A DNA stretch of 64,000 nt from Bulleidia sp. (GTDB lineage: Bacteria; Bacillota; Clostridia; Lachnospirales; Lachnospiraceae). The stretch lies in NCBI GenBank assembly GCA_963640245.1, contig CAVHYN010000042.1, positions 4,102 through 68,101 on the forward strand, in the 5' to 3' direction. Both the position numbers and the translations under genes were made by a program. Shown one piece after another: positions 51,527-61,307 of the stretch (position 1 is its first letter; each line of letters starts with the position of its first letter). Below the pieces are notes generated by a model. It did no database searches and was not told the origin of the DNA. It was given only the letters and a program-made list of their open reading frames with translations.

Positions 51527-51931
51527 TTATATCCCGCGTCTTCGAAGAATGGTAAGAACCTTTCCCTTGATCTGTTCCTTTGAAACCACAAGATTTTCCT
51601 GCTCTGACAAGTTCTCCCCTTCTACGGAATCTTCTGTAACCAATGCATCTTTTTGCACTATCCAAGCGTTTTCCCGACCTTCCGCTTTTTCCACTATACG
51701 GACAAAGGCAAGTTCATCTTCTTCCCGGCAGACGATGACATCTCCACTTTCGTACTCCTGACCGATTCGCAGTCCGAAAGCCAGATCTCCGTCTTTCAGT
51801 GACGGTGCCATCTCCATCCCCTGTACCTGGTTCAGAAAGAAAACCTTGGAAAAGAGAAGTGCCATCACGGTCAGATATGCTCCTGCCCGCAAAAACAGAT
51901 GAAGATACTCTTTTAAAATTTCCTGTTTCAT
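51527..51931 (-). CDS. SipA/LepA-like signal-peptidase-I homolog lacking catalytic residues
   Basis: VQGMEMAPSLKDGD (Glu at the catalytic Ser position), FVRIV in place of KR, C-terminal IKGKV..ILRRRGI. Confidence 0.8.
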   Translation of the reverse strand: MKQEILKEYLHLFLRAGAYLTVMALLFSKVFFLNQVQGMEMAPSLKDGDLAFGLRIGQEYESGDVIVCREEDELAFVRIVEKAEGRENAWIVQKDALVTEDSVEGENLSEQENLVVSKEQIKGKVLTILRRRGI

Positions 51932-54900
51932 CTCTTTCTTCTCCAGAATAGAAAGGCTCCTCCAGCCAGAAGTATTATGCTGGCCAGAATTCCTGCATAC
52001 AGAAGATTCGAATCCGTATGAATACCGGTCTCCGGGATTGTATCTACATCCTGACGGTTCGTGATAGTCACCTTTCCTCCATCTCCTGTAGCCGGAATTT
52101 CTACCGAGGTCTCATGATAGGTTACTCGGAAGCTCAAACCATTTGCCATCGTGGCAAGAGTACCGGATGCTTCGATAGGATTTCCATCTTTGTCAAGCTC
52201 GAGAATTCGGTATTTTGTTCCCACAGACAATTCGTTAAACTCTGCTTTTTCAACTGTGGTTCCATCCCGCTGACAGGTTAAATTTCCGCCCGTATAGGTC
52301 AGACTTAGCTCCTGCAGCTTCACCTTGGAACCTTCCGCATAAATACCGAAACGGTAGGTACCATCCGGAATCTTAGCGCCATCTACAGCTTCGCTGTTTA
52401 TATTCTGAAATTTCTTTTCCAGCGCCAGGCTTCCCTTCTTGTTATAAACCGTCACCCGATAAGTGATTCCGGAATAATAAATCTTCACACCCTTTTGTTC
52501 CCAGGTTTCTAATTTTTCCGGATAATTTTCCGTAGCTTGATCAACTTTTGCAATCACATAGTATCCCGGCTCCGTGTTTTGGACATATCCCTCTGGTGCC
52601 TCGGTCTCTGTCAGGCAATAGACTGTATTGTATGCGAGCTTTTCACTGGCATCAGAACCTTTTCCAAAGGATAAGCTACCGTCTTCCTCGGTTGTTCCGG
52701 TTAAGCTCAAGCCATCTTCCAGTTTTTTCCATGTATTTTCAGTTTCATCCCACTCTACCGCTTTCAGGGAAAAAATCGCGCCGGAAAGCGCCTGCGTCGT
52801 GTTATTCTGATCTACCTTTTTTATCTCCAGTACCGGTGTCGAGCTGGTCTCTGCTGTCGCTTCCACCGTATAGCTGACCTTCTTGTTCTCAATCTTTGCC
52901 ATATCCGTACGGTAGCCGTACCAGTTAGCCTTGTTGTTTACCGTAATCTCCTGATTCGGTGCGCTGTTAATCACGGCCTGATAGGTGACAGTAAGGCATT
53001 TCTCATCTGGCAGGGTCAGGGTTAATTTCTGACCGCCATCCACATTCTCGATTTGCGATAGAAAGCTTACGCTATTCCCATCTTTATCCTTTACGGTCAA
53101 AGAATCCGTATCAAACGAAAGAGGATCGTCCATCTCATCTACCAGGGTCAAGCTGTCTGCGTTTGCAGCCAGGTCTTCTCCCAGGGGGTTGACCGTCAGG
53201 GTAAAGCTCAGCTTTCCCCCGTTTATGCTTCCCATGGATTTGTCAATGGTCTTTTTTGTGATATTTGCTGAAGCAGACGAGGTACTAATAATCTTTCCCG
53301 CCTCATTCCTTACCGTAATACCGTTCGTATAAGTCTTGCTTCCTCCATTTGTCATCAAAGAACTGTCACTGACCTTTGTTACCACCTGCACTTCCAGAGA
53401 GCACCGGTCTGCAGCCGAGCCACCCTTTTGCAGGTTCGATACATCAAAGCAAAGCTGTCTGGTCGTGCTGTTATAATAGGCAATCGCGATATGAGGTTTA
53501 TTATCTGTCGAAGTACCATCGATTCTCCCTGTATAGGTCAGCTTTGTCCAGGAAGAATTCTCCTCTAATTCCTGAATTTCCGGCATCTGCGGCGGATCAT
53601 CATAAATCTCCGAACTGATCCAGAAATACCGTACATAGACCGGATCCAGTCCTTCCGGGAGCAGATCCTCTACCTCTACCTTTCCTTCCAGATCACCGGC
53701 ATAATTGATCTTGATTCGCCACTCAATATAGGTTCCCGGATCTTTGAGCTCACTCTGCACAAGCTGCCTCAAAGATCCCGAGGTACTTATCATATTCCAA
53801 GTACTTCCATCATACTCAAATACTCCTGCAGCTTCCTTGAAGTTCGTGCCCGCTCCTGTTGCGCGAAGCGTGGCATCATTGATTTTTACAAAACTCGTGG
53901 CACTGCTGTCCTTCAAGGAAAGACTGTTGGTATAGGTTCTGGCATCCCTGCCATTTAATGCAGAGGAAGGCGCGGTTCGAAGAACGATATAAAGATGTTG
54001 GTCATCGTCTAGACTTATGGTTTTCTGGAAGGTAATCGTTGCATTATCATTCTCCGCCTTCCAGCTATAATCTGCATTTGTCGGAGTGGCTCCTCCATTT
54101 GTCTCATTTCCGGACAGTTTCTTTAAACATTTGCCATCTCCTGTATCTTCAGAAAGTTCCTCTACCATGCCGTAGTAATGGGTAAAGCTTTCACCCTCCG
54201 GCAAAGTCCCCAGATAAACACCTACCATCGAGGTTTCTCGCATATGATGAGCCGGGCTGCTTCCTACTGTATCCTTCAGCTGCGTCCCCTCAGCGATTTC
54301 CGTTCCGCTGACCTCGATGACCCAGTAGAGGCTCCCATTTGTCCAGTCTCCGCTTGTGGCCTTTGTATGGTCGAAGTACCAGCCGGACTTTTCCGCCTGC
54401 AGGCTCTTCTCGCCCTCTATGATCACAGATGTAGTGACCTTTATGCCACTTAATGTAACACTTGTTCCACCCGGTCCTATCACATGACCGGACAGGGTAA
54501 AGGAGTTCCCGGAGTTTACCTGACTGATATTTTCCGTATTTCGAGCTGTCGCATAGTAGGTCAGAACATAGGCTCCACGGTTATTTTTCAAATGCAAATC
54601 CGCCGGAGTAAACTGAAAGGATTTCTGCCCGTCAATGTATACCCAGAGAGTAGATTGGATCGTTTGGTGCTGGAGTGCTTCTACCGCAGCCGCATCGGAT
54701 TCCGGAGTTTCTGCAAGGCCAGTACTATAATAATCCAGCCTCAGATATCCACTGTAGGCAAGATAGTCATTGACCAAGGCATCTCCAAAGACAGCCGAAG
54801 TCACATTCCAGTCTGCCGCCTCATTGACTACCACCTGATAGCGGAAGCTGTTCTTCGGTACGGTAAAAGTGATATCCGCTGACGATGCTGTACTGTTCCA

Positions 54901-57078
54901 GGAAGTATTTTGCTGTTCATAGATCGGGCTGCCCTTTGGAATCGTCACATTCGTCGCTTCCGTCAGAGCTTCGCTTTGGAGTTTTCTGTCCCAGATCTTT
55001 TTTCCTAAGGTCTTTGTCGTACTGCCTGATGAAAAACTCTTGTTGCCACCAGATACCGTATCATCCGAGTATGTCGCAGCATTGTTTTTGATCTCAATAG
55101 CCGTATTTCCGGCTCCGTAGATATCACCACTGACGGAAATCTGATAAACCAGGGTTTTCGTCTCTCCCGGTGCCAATTCTGCAATATAATAATCAAATTT
55201 TCGCTCTATACTGCTACCGGAACCGGTCTCTGCGATATCCGGATTGCTTTTTCCAGTATGAGGGTTGGAACCCGTTTCAATCTCTGCACTTTCCGTAATT
55301 TCCGTCCCTTTGTAGAGCTGGAAGCTGTTTTCTACATAATGCAGACTGCTCAGATACTTATTCTGTGTTCCTCCATTTTTCAGACTGTCATTGATCTTGA
55401 CATTCTTTAAGGTATAGGTATTGTCCTTGTCTGCACTTATGGTTACCTGATAGGTCAAAGTTCCGCCATCACCGGATTCATTCTTTACAAACTCTCCTAC
55501 TGTTTTATTTGTCGTCACTTTTGCAACCGGTGTAAATTCTTTGCTGTCACTGGTGTGAGGATAGGTTTTGGAATAAGAGGATGCTTCATTTGTAATAGTC
55601 CCCCGACTCTGTGCGCCTACGTATAAATCTTTCAGCCTTGCCCTATAGGTAAGGGTTCGGCTCTCGTTTGCCTCCAGATCCCCAACCTTCCATACCAGGA
55701 CGCCCGGTGTCGTAAGACTGGAACCTGCCGCAGTCGGTATCGGATTTTCCTCTGTGATTCTGTTTCCAAGATAAATTTTTCCTTTACCAGCGTTTGTTCC
55801 TGTCTCATAGGGTGCAGTCGCTGCCTTTGCCGCCAAAGCCGACTCTTTCCCCGTTATACCGATATAACTATCGATATAATTTGCATTTGTAGTAAAATGA
55901 TCCGTCACTGTGACATCCGGCATGGCCGTAGATCCCGCCTGGATAGTCAGGGTATATTCCAGATATGCCCCCTGCTCATCCGTTCCAAAGGTCGCTTCCG
56001 ACTTCGCCAAGTCTAGCTCACCCAGTCTTGCGTCACTGTCTTTTTCAAAGGAAAGTGTAATCTCTTTTGTTCCTACCGTAATCTTTTGTTCTGGATCTTT
56101 CTTTGCTTTCTCTTCATCCGGATAGGCGTAGAACACAAAGGACCCGCTGATGGTTTTGGTGCTTCCATCTTCTTCGGCATTCAGAAATTCTTTTGTAAAA
56201 GTCAGCAGGATCTTTTTCATGTCCTCCGAAGCTTCGATCGTTCCAATTTTCGTACCACTGCCATCCTGCACAGTCCCTGACTGCACGGTAGGTTTCTTCA
56301 GAAGTTCCGGCAGGGTATAGCTGATGGTATTCGTATGCTCTTCGACTGTCTTTACCGGAAGGTCCTTATAGGTCATCGAAAACTTCAGCTGTGCATCCAC
56401 CGGGATATCAGTGGTATTGGTGTTAATCTCTATCCAATCGGAATCCGACTTTCCTTTATAGGAGATAACAACATTTGAGATATAATTCTCTATATCTAGT
56501 GGTTCACTCGTCGTTTCGCCTGTATCTTCATCCTCTGTAAGATCTGCTGTCAAGGCTTCTTTCGAGGTGTCAGCTGATGTTGTTCCCTTGTCTGTTGCTT
56601 CTACAGCTGGATCAGAACTCTTAGGGATTGTTTCCGTCGATGGTTTTTCATTCACTTCTGTATTCGCAGCGATTCCGGTCGAATCGGAAGTAGCAGAGTC
56701 TTCGCCCTTTGTATCGGATGCATCTGTGTCTCCGGTGCCCGTTTCTCCCGGATCTATATTTCCGGCCTCTGCATCTCCCGAATTCGTATCTCCTGCACCT
56801 GTATTCGCTCCATCTTCAGACGTTTCCCCTTCATTCAAAATCAGTCCGCCACTTTCAGGGTTTCCTTCTGAATTGCCTTCTGAATCACTTTTCAAGATGC
56901 TCTCAGAGGCATAGGACTCCTCCTGTTCTGCCGTCACGATGCTGTGCTTCGGCACTGTGATGGTCAAAAGTAGGGCGAGGGCAAGAAATGCCCAGATTTT
57001 TACATTTTTTCTGTGGTTGTTTTTCTTTATATCTTTTACCGATGGAATGATCATTGAGGAACCATCCTGAACCATCAT
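51928..57078 (-). CDS. Large cell-wall-anchored adhesin / tip pilin with repeated CnaA/CnaB-like domains
   Basis: Signal peptide, acidic low-complexity linker, repeated K...Y.L/I.V...D...N motifs, SpaA-type ETEAPEGY, IPETG + TM + RRKR. Confidence 0.8.
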   Translation of the reverse strand: MMVQDGSSMIIPSVKDIKKNNHRKNVKIWAFLALALLLTITVPKHSIVTAEQEESYASESILKSDSEGNSEGNPESGGLILNEGETSEDGANTGAGDTNSGDAEAGNIDPGETGTGDTDASDTKGEDSATSDSTGIAANTEVNEKPSTETIPKSSDPAVEATDKGTTSADTSKEALTADLTEDEDTGETTSEPLDIENYISNVVISYKGKSDSDWIEINTNTTDIPVDAQLKFSMTYKDLPVKTVEEHTNTISYTLPELLKKPTVQSGTVQDGSGTKIGTIEASEDMKKILLTFTKEFLNAEEDGSTKTISGSFVFYAYPDEEKAKKDPEQKITVGTKEITLSFEKDSDARLGELDLAKSEATFGTDEQGAYLEYTLTIQAGSTAMPDVTVTDHFTTNANYIDSYIGITGKESALAAKAATAPYETGTNAGKGKIYLGNRITEENPIPTAAGSSLTTPGVLVWKVGDLEANESRTLTYRARLKDLYVGAQSRGTITNEASSYSKTYPHTSDSKEFTPVAKVTTNKTVGEFVKNESGDGGTLTYQVTISADKDNTYTLKNVKINDSLKNGGTQNKYLSSLHYVENSFQLYKGTEITESAEIETGSNPHTGKSNPDIAETGSGSSIERKFDYYIAELAPGETKTLVYQISVSGDIYGAGNTAIEIKNNAATYSDDTVSGGNKSFSSGSTTKTLGKKIWDRKLQSEALTEATNVTIPKGSPIYEQQNTSWNSTASSADITFTVPKNSFRYQVVVNEAADWNVTSAVFGDALVNDYLAYSGYLRLDYYSTGLAETPESDAAAVEALQHQTIQSTLWVYIDGQKSFQFTPADLHLKNNRGAYVLTYYATARNTENISQVNSGNSFTLSGHVIGPGGTSVTLSGIKVTTSVIIEGEKSLQAEKSGWYFDHTKATSGDWTNGSLYWVIEVSGTEIAEGTQLKDTVGSSPAHHMRETSMVGVYLGTLPEGESFTHYYGMVEELSEDTGDGKCLKKLSGNETNGGATPTNADYSWKAENDNATITFQKTISLDDDQHLYIVLRTAPSSALNGRDARTYTNSLSLKDSSATSFVKINDATLRATGAGTNFKEAAGVFEYDGSTWNMISTSGSLRQLVQSELKDPGTYIEWRIKINYAGDLEGKVEVEDLLPEGLDPVYVRYFWISSEIYDDPPQMPEIQELEENSSWTKLTYTGRIDGTSTDNKPHIAIAYYNSTTRQLCFDVSNLQKGGSAADRCSLEVQVVTKVSDSSLMTNGGSKTYTNGITVRNEAGKIISTSSASANITKKTIDKSMGSINGGKLSFTLTVNPLGEDLAANADSLTLVDEMDDPLSFDTDSLTVKDKDGNSVSFLSQIENVDGGQKLTLTLPDEKCLTVTYQAVINSAPNQEITVNNKANWYGYRTDMAKIENKKVSYTVEATAETSSTPVLEIKKVDQNNTTQALSGAIFSLKAVEWDETENTWKKLEDGLSLTGTTEEDGSLSFGKGSDASEKLAYNTVYCLTETEAPEGYVQNTEPGYYVIAKVDQATENYPEKLETWEQKGVKIYYSGITYRVTVYNKKGSLALEKKFQNINSEAVDGAKIPDGTYRFGIYAEGSKVKLQELSLTYTGGNLTCQRDGTTVEKAEFNELSVGTKYRILELDKDGNPIEASGTLATMANGLSFRVTYHETSVEIPATGDGGKVTITNRQDVDTIPETGIHTDSNLLYAGILASIILLAGGAFLFWRRKR

Positions 57079-57151
57079 GGAGAATTGAGAATCGGATTTT
57101 TAAGCAAACATGTTGGTTCTGTGTGGAGTTTTATGGGTTTACATGGTAAAT

Positions 57152-57180
57152 ACTATACCATAGATACCCGCTTCTTTCAA
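57152..57180 (-). promoter_or_regulatory. Pilus operon promoter
   Basis: TTGAAA-17-TATAGT with TG extension on the minus strand. Confidence 0.6.
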
Positions 57181-57195
57181 TTAGGAAAAACAGAC

Positions 57196-57726
57196 TTATT
57201 CCTGCTCAATCCGAAGCTCCGCCAGAATATCCGCGCTTCGAAAGCCACGGCGCAGAAGGAACTGATAAAAGCGTCTGAGCTCCTCCCGGCTTGCCACAGC
57301 CGGGTCTATGTGCTTTTTTTCTATCCATCGTCGAATCTGCTCTCGCTCATCCTGCGGTTCTGCTTCCTCCCTGGCTGCTTCCAGTACGGCTTTTGAGATA
57401 CCTTTTTTATAAAGGAGCTCCTGTTCTATCCGGCGGCTGCTTTTTGACTGACCGCGGCTGTTCAGATAATTGACCGCATAGCGGTGATCGTCGATATAGT
57501 GATAACTCTTCACATACTCTACTGCTGCCTCCACCACCTCCGGCAGGTAGTTTTTCGAGAGTTTTTCACGCAATTCCTGCTCTGTACGATCAGAGCGCTC
57601 CAGGATATGGAGCGCTCTGCGTTTTGCCCGATTCAGATCACCGGACTTCTCCGGCTTACCATCTTCTTTCTCGGGATTATCTTCTGTATATTTTCTATAT
57701 CTATTTCTCTGGGGTTTCTGCTGCAT
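57196..57726 (-). CDS. recX: Regulatory protein RecX (start uncertain)
   Basis: [22 protein letters not shown] and LLRRGF motifs; directly after recA. Confidence 0.85.
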   Translation of the reverse strand: MQQKPQRNRYRKYTEDNPEKEDGKPEKSGDLNRAKRRALHILERSDRTEQELREKLSKNYLPEVVEAAVEYVKSYHYIDDHRYAVNYLNSRGQSKSSRRIEQELLYKKGISKAVLEAAREEAEPQDEREQIRRWIEKKHIDPAVASREELRRFYQFLLRRGFRSADILAELRIEQE

Positions 57727-58795
57727 TCTTCTTTCCTGCCGTCTCAGTCTCCGGCTTCTTTGCGCCCGGATTTTCTGCCTGTTTCTCGCTAGCTTCTTCT
57801 CCATCCAGGCCAAAGCCCTCGCGAACTCTTTCTTCGATCTCGTGACAAATATCTGGATGCTGCTTCAAAAACTGCTTTGCATTCTCACGACCCTGACCGA
57901 TCTTATCTCCCTCGTAGGCATACCAGGCACCACTCTTATTTACCACGCCGGTATTTGCAGCCAGATCCAGAATATCACCTTCCCGGGAAATACCCTCACC
58001 AAACATAATGTCGAATTCTGCTTCCTTGAAGGGTGGAGCAATCTTATTCTTCACGACACGGATGCGGGTACGGTTTCCTACCATCTCGCCACCCTGCTTC
58101 AGGCTCTCGATCCTTCTGACATCCAGACGAATCGAGGAGTAAAACTTCAGCGCACGGCCACCGGTAGTAACCTCCGGATTTCCGAACATCACGCCTACCT
58201 TTTCACGCAGCTGATTGATAAAAATCACAGTACAATTCGACTTGCTGATCACGGCCGTCAGCTTCCGGAGAGCCTGCGACATCAGACGTGCCTGAAGGCC
58301 TACATGAGAATCTCCCATATCACCCTCGATCTCTGCCTTGGGAACAAGTGCTGCCACGGAGTCCACGATGATGATATCTACCGCACCGGAACGCACCATC
58401 GTCTCAGCGATCTCCAGCGCCTGCTCGCCATTATCCGGCTGGGAGATGTAGAGGTTATCGATATCGACACCGATATTCTTTGCATAAACCGGATCGAGGG
58501 CATGCTCTGCATCGATGAAGCCTGCGATTCCTCCGCGCTTCTGTACCTCTGCTACCATATGCAGGGCTACTGTCGTCTTACCACTGGACTCCGGACCGTA
58601 GACCTCGATAATTCGTCCCTTCGGGATACCGCCCAGACCCAAGGCCAGATCCAGACTCAAACAGCCTGTCGGGATCGTCTCGATCTGCATATGTGCTCCT
58701 TGATCACCCAGCTTCATCACGGATCCCTTTCCGAACTGCTTCTCAATCTGCGCCAGTGCGGCGTCCAATGCCTTCTGCTTTTCTTCTTTTACCAT
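57701..58795 (-). CDS. recA: Recombinase A
   Basis: [15 protein letters not shown] and GGRALKFY motifs. Confidence 0.98.
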   Translation of the reverse strand: MVKEEKQKALDAALAQIEKQFGKGSVMKLGDQGAHMQIETIPTGCLSLDLALGLGGIPKGRIIEVYGPESSGKTTVALHMVAEVQKRGGIAGFIDAEHALDPVYAKNIGVDIDNLYISQPDNGEQALEIAETMVRSGAVDIIIVDSVAALVPKAEIEGDMGDSHVGLQARLMSQALRKLTAVISKSNCTVIFINQLREKVGVMFGNPEVTTGGRALKFYSSIRLDVRRIESLKQGGEMVGNRTRIRVVKNKIAPPFKEAEFDIMFGEGISREGDILDLAANTGVVNKSGAWYAYEGDKIGQGRENAKQFLKQHPDICHEIEERVREGFGLDGEEASEKQAENPGAKKPETETAGKKNAAETPEK

Positions 58796-58825
58796 ATCCT
58801 TCTCCTTTATTCCGTACCGCTGTAT

Positions 58826-58895
58826 CGAACATTTGTTTTCGAATATTTGTTCGCTTTTCTGGTACTATTTTATTCTATTTTTTTTCTTCTGTCAA
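58826..58895 (-). promoter_or_regulatory. recA promoter with tandem LexA (SOS) boxes
   Basis: TTGACA-17-TAAAAT (58895-58867); CGAACATTTGTTTT 58826-58839 and CGAATATTTGTTCG 58840-58853 fit GAAC-N4-GTTC. Confidence 0.8.
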
Positions 58896-58904
58896 GGCTA
58901 TTTT

Positions 58905-59017
58905 CAGCTTATCTTTCGTGCGTTGGGAAAACGAAGGGAGAAACCCTCCATCCGGGAAATGTATTCTTCTTGGCTCAGAGCACTCCTCGCAGAACGCGTC
59001 CGCTGCGACTCTGAATG
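58905..59017 (-). ncRNA. Candidate structured small RNA
   Basis: Own promoter TTGACG-17-TATCGT (59051-59023); nested stems UCAGAG/CUCUGA and UCGCAG/CUGCGA; no credible ORF. Confidence 0.4.
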
Positions 59018-59066
59018 ATTTCACGATAGCACAGGAAATTCTGCACGTCAACTCTTTTTTGTAACT

Positions 59067-59104
59067 AAAAATGGCCATCCCTTTCCCGGGATGGCCATTT
59101 CTTT
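59067..59104 (-). terminator. asd terminator
   Basis: AAAAATGGCCATCCC...GGGATGGCCATTT. Confidence 0.8.
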
Positions 59105-59107
59105 TAT

Positions 59108-60199
59108 CTATTTCGCTGCAATAAAACCCTTTGCCTTCAGAAGCTCTGCGCAAAGCACGGCTCCGCCTGCTGCACCGCGGACGGTATTGTGGGAAAGACC
59201 TACGAACTTCCAGTCGTAGACGCTGTCTTCCCGGATTCTTCCGATGGAGACTCCCATGCCTCTCTCGTAATCCACGTCAAGCTTAACCTGCGGACGGTTG
59301 TCCTCTGTCATATACTGAATGAACTGCTTCGGTGCGCTGGGTAGGTCAAGCTCCTGGGGCGCTCCCTTGAAGCTTTCCAGCTTCTCGATCAACTGCTCCT
59401 TGGTCGGCTTCTTGCGGAATTTTACGAAGACCGCTGCGGTATGACCATTCAGTACCGGCACACGGATACACTGGCAGGTGATCACCGGCTCTTTTGCCAG
59501 CTTGATCTCGCCGTCTTCATATTTTCCAAGAACGCGAAGCGGTTCCTTCTCGCTCTTTTCTTCCTCACCGCCAATATAGGGGATGATATTTTCTACCATC
59601 TCCGGCCAATCCTTGAAGGTCTTGCCTGCACCGGAAATCGCCTGATAGGTCGTAGCGACTACCTCGTAGGGCTCAAACTCTTCCCAGGCTTTTAGTGCCG
59701 GGGTGTAGGACTGAATCGAGCAGTTTGGCTTTACTGCAATGAAGCCACGAGTGGTTCCGAGACGCTCCTTCTGCTTTGCAATGATCTGCACATGATCGTC
59801 ATTGATCTCCGGAATAATCATCGGAACATCCGGGGTCCAGCGATGTGCACTGTTGTTGGAGACTACCGGTGTCTCAGTCTTTGCATAGGCCTCCTCGATG
59901 GCACGAATCTCGTCCTTTGTCATGTCTACGGCACTGAATACAAAGTCTACTCCTGCTGCGACCTTTTCTACTTCATTGACGTTCATGACAACGATGTCCT
60001 TTACTGCCTCCGGCATCGGTGTATCCATCTTCCAGCGGCTGCCTACCGCATCCTCGTAGCGCTTTCCTGCACTTCTCTCACTGGCTGCGATGGTCACAAC
60101 CTGGAACCAGGGATGGTTCTCCAATAAGGAAATAAATCTCTGTCCTACCATTCCGGTACCGCCCAGGATACCGACTTTCAGCTTCTCACTCATTTTCAT
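59108..60199 (-). CDS. asd: Aspartate-semialdehyde dehydrogenase
   Basis: [26 protein letters not shown] and HNTVRGAAG motifs. Confidence 0.95.
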   Translation of the reverse strand: MKMSEKLKVGILGGTGMVGQRFISLLENHPWFQVVTIAASERSAGKRYEDAVGSRWKMDTPMPEAVKDIVVMNVNEVEKVAAGVDFVFSAVDMTKDEIRAIEEAYAKTETPVVSNNSAHRWTPDVPMIIPEINDDHVQIIAKQKERLGTTRGFIAVKPNCSIQSYTPALKAWEEFEPYEVVATTYQAISGAGKTFKDWPEMVENIIPYIGGEEEKSEKEPLRVLGKYEDGEIKLAKEPVITCQCIRVPVLNGHTAAVFVKFRKKPTKEQLIEKLESFKGAPQELDLPSAPKQFIQYMTEDNRPQVKLDVDYERGMGVSIGRIREDSVYDWKFVGLSHNTVRGAAGGAVLCAELLKAKGFIAAK

Positions 60200-60307
60200 A
60201 ATCTCCTCTTAAATGTCTTTTTTGTACGGACATTTGTATGTCTTTGAAAATACTACCGCAATTATTTCGAAATTGCAAGCACTTTTTCGCTTTTTTTCAC
60301 GCAGACA

Positions 60308-61234
60308 TCAAACCTGAAGCAGCTCCGTGGATTTGGCCGCGGCATCTCCGAGCATCTGAAGGAAGCCCTCCGGATCCGTCATGTTTTTGCCCTTACCGGC
60401 ATCAATGAGGCTGACCAAATCTTTATAAACCTCACTGCCGTAGACATCGCCAAGCATGGCTGCCAGTCTGCTCGAGGATTCTATCATCCGCAAAGGTCCA
60501 TAGATATGGGGTTCCCCGGGCAGTCCTGCCGCACTCGTGATCATGTAAATCAGAAGCTCCTGCAATGCCTTCTTATCAAAATGCTGACTCTGTGAACCGG
60601 AAGCGGCATCTGTATTTATTTTCTTCTCCACTGCCTTTTCTAATGCTTCTTTCTCTATATCCGTGCATTTCGCTGTCTCATTCCGCTTCTCTGACGCTGT
60701 TCCTTCTTTTCCTGCTTCTTCCCGGGTATTCCAGAACAGCACCTCTTCCATCGGCTTTCGCTTGGGAGTCCTTGGTTCTCCTTCCGGCCAGCCAATAGAA
60801 ATCAGGATTTCCAGCCGCATGGTATCCGGCAGCTTCAAGAGCTTGTGTACTGCCCTGTCATTATAGCTTTTAATTGCACAGCTGCCAAGCCCCAAATCCG
60901 CCGCCTTCAGCATCAGATTTTCTGCAGCCATGGCTGCGTCCATCATAAGGCCGTATACAAGGCTGTTTTTGCTGCCTCGCTGCTTTGCCTCAGCCAGATC
61001 GCTGGCGATCGCGATAATCACCGGTGGCTTCCCGGAAAGTCCGGGACTGAAGGAGTCTATGTCCCTCACCAGCTTCGGATCGTCTGCCACAACAAAACGC
61101 CAGGCCTGCAGATTGCTTGCCGTAGGTGCTAAGGCTGCCACCCTTATCAGCTCCGTTAGGGTTTCCCGCGGAACCGATTTGTCTGAGAATTTCCGGATGC
61201 TTCTTCGTTTTTCAATTGCTTCTGTCAGTTCCAT
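60308..61234 (-). CDS. Nitroreductase fused to a DUF6092-like C-terminal domain
   Basis: RRSIRKF, APTASNLQAW and LGLGSC motifs; charged linker; then ELLIYMITSA.GL..EP..YGPLR. Confidence 0.8.
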   Translation of the reverse strand: MELTEAIEKRRSIRKFSDKSVPRETLTELIRVAALAPTASNLQAWRFVVADDPKLVRDIDSFSPGLSGKPPVIIAIASDLAEAKQRGSKNSLVYGLMMDAAMAAENLMLKAADLGLGSCAIKSYNDRAVHKLLKLPDTMRLEILISIGWPEGEPRTPKRKPMEEVLFWNTREEAGKEGTASEKRNETAKCTDIEKEALEKAVEKKINTDAASGSQSQHFDKKALQELLIYMITSAAGLPGEPHIYGPLRMIESSSRLAAMLGDVYGSEVYKDLVSLIDAGKGKNMTDPEGFLQMLGDAAAKSTELLQV

Positions 61235-61307
61235 ATTACTCTTCTCCTATATCATTTTACCCTTACTCTGCCTGCTCAGACAGAATAGTTTCCAATTATC
61301 ATTCTTT

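Noticed and set aside
58960..59012. TPP riboswitch (GAGUGC..CUGAG similarity)
   Set aside because: Missing the CCUGA/AUC and GGGA blocks; wrong gene context.
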